A stretch of DNA of 63,494 bases, the filler included, from Candidatus Babelota bacterium (GTDB lineage Bacteria > JAGOBX01), in the NCBI GenBank assembly GCA_017999075.1. It is 6 parts of 6 records of this genome, joined end to end, with 100 filler letters (N's around TTAATTAATTAA, not from the genome) between each part and the next. Parts side by side here need not be neighbours in the genome. Positions count along the whole stretch, not along the records: positions 53,100 to 63,494 come from JAGOBX010000085.1; 5 more parts are not named here. One strand, given 5' to 3'. The translations under genes were made by a program, and so were the position numbers. This document shows positions 60,849 to 63,494 of the stretch, in pieces. Below the pieces are notes generated by a model, which was given only the letters and a program-made list of their open reading frames with translations, was not told where the DNA came from and did not search any database. Numbering within the stretch: the first letter of the stretch is position 1; the number at the start of each line of letters is the position of its first letter.

Positions 60849-62627
60849 ATGTATGTTAATGATGCTTTAAATGATAAGCGGATATTGATTTTGATGCCGA
60901 ATAAATCAATATCTAATTATGTGAATGGATTATTGTCGGATTTTAAAGGACAATTGAAAATATCTGAAATCGGAGCTAATCTGATTCAAGAAATTGATGA
61001 GTTTAAACCGAACTGCATAATAACTTATCCTCAATTAAAATTTGATAAAAAAGATATCTATTCTATAGTTCGTAACGAAACGATATTTTGTGAAGCTTCG
61101 ATTTTATTCGTGTCTTTTGATACAGTTCCTTTCAATTATCTTGAACTTGATAAAAGTATATCTTATCTAAAACTTCCTGTTAATAAAGAACAGTTTATTA
61201 TTGAAATAGATAAACTTATATTCAAAAGGAAATTTGTTTTAATGGTTGACGATAGTATATTAATACATAAGCTTTTATCGCAGGTGTTGAAAGAAAATAA
61301 TTATGGAGTCCTTGAAGCTTTTAATGGAAAAGAAGCAATCGAAATATTAAAAACATCCAAACCTGATATTATAATAACTGATATAGAAATGCCTGAAATG
61401 AATGGTTATGATTTTTGTAAAGCTGTTAAACAGAATTCTGAAACCGAACATTTGCCTGTAATAATTTTGTCTTCTTTGAAAGGAGGCATCGATATAGACA
61501 GAGGGTTTGATGCTGGTGCAAATGATTATCTCACTAAACCTATAGATAATGAAGAATTGCTTAACCGTTTGACAAATCTTCTATCAACCTCAAAAACTTT
61601 CATACGTGAAAAAATACTCGTTGTTGACGATAGTAAATTGATCAGAAATATGATGATTCAGGGATTTGAACAGCAGGGGTTCAGAGTGGCGTTTGGAGTT
61701 AATGGAGAAGATGGGATTAAAGTAGCGGAAGAATTTGAACCTGATTTAATCACCACTGATTATGATATGCCTGTTTTAGACGGATGGGGTTTTTGCCAGG
61801 CTCTCAGAAAAGATAAAAGATTTAAAAACATCCCTGTAATTATGCTTACTTCTCGTGATTCAAAGTCTGATAAAGCCAAATCAGCAGGAACAGGAGTTAA
61901 AGCGTATTTGACCAAACCGTTTACTGTAGATAAATTAATATCTATAGTGGAAAGAACTCTTGCAGAAAAAAGAATGGAACGTGAACGCGAAGTTTTGAAA
62001 TTGTATATTTCTGACTCTGCAATGGATGCTGTAATGAATGCGTCCAGTCAAAAAAAAGTTTCTTCGAAAACCCGCGCTAAAAAAATATTCGGAACAGTTA
62101 TTTTTACGGATTTGAAATCTTTTACTCCAACCTGTGAATCATTAACACCTAAACAGATAATGGAATTGCTGAACGATTATTTTGACGTTATGTGCGCGAT
62201 TCTTAAGAAGCATGACGCAGTTATTGATAAATTTATAGGAGATGCTATAATGGCGCTCTGCAGAAATGGAGAAGAAGGGGCTTATAATGCTGTTGCCGCA
62301 GGTTTGGAAATGGTGCAGGCTATACCTGATTTTAATAAAGAACGCTCCACCCCGCTTCATATGAGGGTAGGAATTAATTCGGGAAATGTTTTTTGCGGCG
62401 ACTTAGGCAGTAAACATCATCGCCTTGACTTTACCGTTATAGGAGATAATGTTAATATTGCTCAACGGCTTGAAAGTAACTGTCCTGTTGACGGAGTGCT
62501 AATAAGCGAATCTACATATCAGCTTGTAAAAAAATATGTGGACGTTGAAGATATAGGACCTATTGCTCTTAAAGGTAAAAAAGATAAACTCAACGCTTAT
62601 AGTGTTTTGAATGTAAAATCAAAGTAA
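60849..62627 (+). CDS. Response regulator adenylate cyclase (pseudo-REC, REC, REC, class III cyclase)
   Basis: REC motifs VDDS/TDIEMP/TKP and VDDS/TDYDMP/TKP. Cyclase motifs FTDLKSFT, DKFIGDAIMA and DFTVIGDNVNIAQRLES. Confidence 0.92.
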   Translation: MYVNDALNDKRILILMPNKSISNYVNGLLSDFKGQLKISEIGANLIQEIDEFKPNCIITYPQLKFDKKDIYSIVRNETIFCEASILFVSFDTVPFNYLELDKSISYLKLPVNKEQFIIEIDKLIFKRKFVLMVDDSILIHKLLSQVLKENNYGVLEAFNGKEAIEILKTSKPDIIITDIEMPEMNGYDFCKAVKQNSETEHLPVIILSSLKGGIDIDRGFDAGANDYLTKPIDNEELLNRLTNLLSTSKTFIREKILVVDDSKLIRNMMIQGFEQQGFRVAFGVNGEDGIKVAEEFEPDLITTDYDMPVLDGWGFCQALRKDKRFKNIPVIMLTSRDSKSDKAKSAGTGVKAYLTKPFTVDKLISIVERTLAEKRMEREREVLKLYISDSAMDAVMNASSQKKVSSKTRAKKIFGTVIFTDLKSFTPTCESLTPKQIMELLNDYFDVMCAILKKHDAVIDKFIGDAIMALCRNGEEGAYNAVAAGLEMVQAIPDFNKERSTPLHMRVGINSGNVFCGDLGSKHHRLDFTVIGDNVNIAQRLESNCPVDGVLISESTYQLVKKYVDVEDIGPIALKGKKDKLNAYSVLNVKSK

Positions 62628-62745
62628 TAAGATAAAAATATCCCTGACAATATTAAAATCATATTGATGGCTATTTCTACTTCCATAAAATTTTTTTGTG
62701 TAAATTTCGGAAAAACAACGGAATTTTTTAGTCGCTTGATATAAA

Positions 62746-63363
62746 TTATTCTTCCCAGAAAAGTATTCTGTTACAGCTGTCGCAAGGAAAAATTTTGTTT
62801 TCTTTCCTTATTTCATTGACAGTCTGCGGAGGAATATCTATATTGCAGGAAGAACATGTAGTTCCTGTTATTTTAGCTAAAACAGGAGTTTTTTTTGCAT
62901 TATAAATTTTATTATATATCTGCTGAGTACGCGGTTTAAGTTTTGAAAACATCTCATTTTTTTTATTTAACAATATTTTTATGTTTTCAGATACGGAATC
63001 CATATAAGAATCAATTTCTTTTATAAGGACATCCATTTGAGATTCAAATTGATTTACTTTTTCCTGAAGAGCTGGAATTTTCTGATTTAGTTTTTCAAGG
63101 TCTTCCATTATGGTCAACTGTTTAGTTTCATTTTCGGATATGTTATTTTGGAATGTTTTTATTTCTGATTTTAAAGCGTCAAATTCTCTTTGTGATTTAA
63201 CGCCGAACATTTTATTGCGGGAATTTTCTATTTTTTTTGTTAAATCTAAATTAGATTCTTCTATTTTTTTTATTTCATTGTTGATATTTGCTATTTGACC
63301 CGTAATCGAGTCATATTCTGTTTTTATTTTATCGTATTCTGTTTTTATTTTGTCATATCCGTC
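62746..63363 (-). CDS. Coiled-coil C4 zinc-ribbon protein (DUF164/CT398-like); 5' end unresolved
   Basis: REFDALKSEI, CSSCNIDIPPQ and CDSCNRIL. The frame is open upstream of ATG 63210 into low-complexity terminal sequence. Confidence 0.85.
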   Translation of the reverse strand, partial: DGYDKIKTEYDKIKTEYDSITGQIANINNEIKKIEESNLDLTKKIENSRNKMFGVKSQREFDALKSEIKTFQNNISENETKQLTIMEDLEKLNQKIPALQEKVNQFESQMDVLIKEIDSYMDSVSENIKILLNKKNEMFSKLKPRTQQIYNKIYNAKKTPVLAKITGTTCSSCNIDIPPQTVNEIRKENKIFPCDSCNRILFWEE

Positions 63364-63494
63364 TTTTTTTTTTTTTTTTTCTTTTTTAAAATAATTTAAA
63401 TTATCTTCAATTTTTTTAATTTTTTTTTATAAAATTATTTTTTTCTTTAAACTTTCTTTTTTATTATTATCTTCTAAATTTAATAAATGAAATG

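Noticed and set aside
252-63298. Numerous 60-170 aa ORFs antisense to or overlapping long genes (e.g. 252-527, 35764-36276, 54855-55310, 56873-57292)
   Set aside because: They are shadow ORFs of well-supported genes, rich in Ile/Phe/Ser and without motifs or RBS.
63311-63357. 21-bp tandem repeat
   Set aside because: It encodes a coiled-coil heptad duplication (YDKIKTE twice) inside the zinc-ribbon protein.
63364-63494. T17 run and almost GC-free terminal sequence with in-frame stops
   Set aside because: This is probably low-quality contig-end sequence. It cannot support a pseudogene or phase-variation claim.

Overview
Low-GC bacterial sequence from a draft or metagenome assembly. It is not one locus. 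Six contigs are joined by 100-nt N/TTAATTAATTAA spacers: 1-10722, 10823-21321, 21422-31909, 32010-42485, 42586-52999 and 53100-63494. Their lengths fall monotonically, so adjacency across spacers carries no biological meaning. The gene content (PPDK, NfnA-like subunit, B12 radical SAM enzymes, a putative beta-barrel protein) suggests an anaerobic, probably diderm organism; the taxon cannot be assigned. Contig 1 is housekeeping (ppx, nfnA-like, mnmG, ilvE, gyrA, acpP, MscS, ribD, queD). Contigs 2-3 carry queF and aroC, a cyclase-RDD/lemA/TPM block, and glycan-modification genes with GT-C transferases and three cobalamin-dependent radical SAM enzymes. Contig 4 has two paralogous hybrid histidine kinases: one with a cysteine-less LOV domain next to a FixL-type heme PAS, the other split by a frameshift in an A10 tract. 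Contig 5 has ppdK, ybeY, a PgpH-like HD protein, ogt, PIN/TRAM and carD. Contig 6 holds the best candidate for an undescribed system: a non-motility-type chemosensory operon. It comprises an MCP with about 9 HAMP-like units, CheW, a CheR-STAS fusion, CheA-REC, and a triple-receiver adenylate cyclase, i.e. a cAMP-output analogue of Wsp. Long interrupted tandem hairpins recur after ilvE, acpP and ppdK. I recognised no rRNA, tRNA, CRISPR array or transposase.
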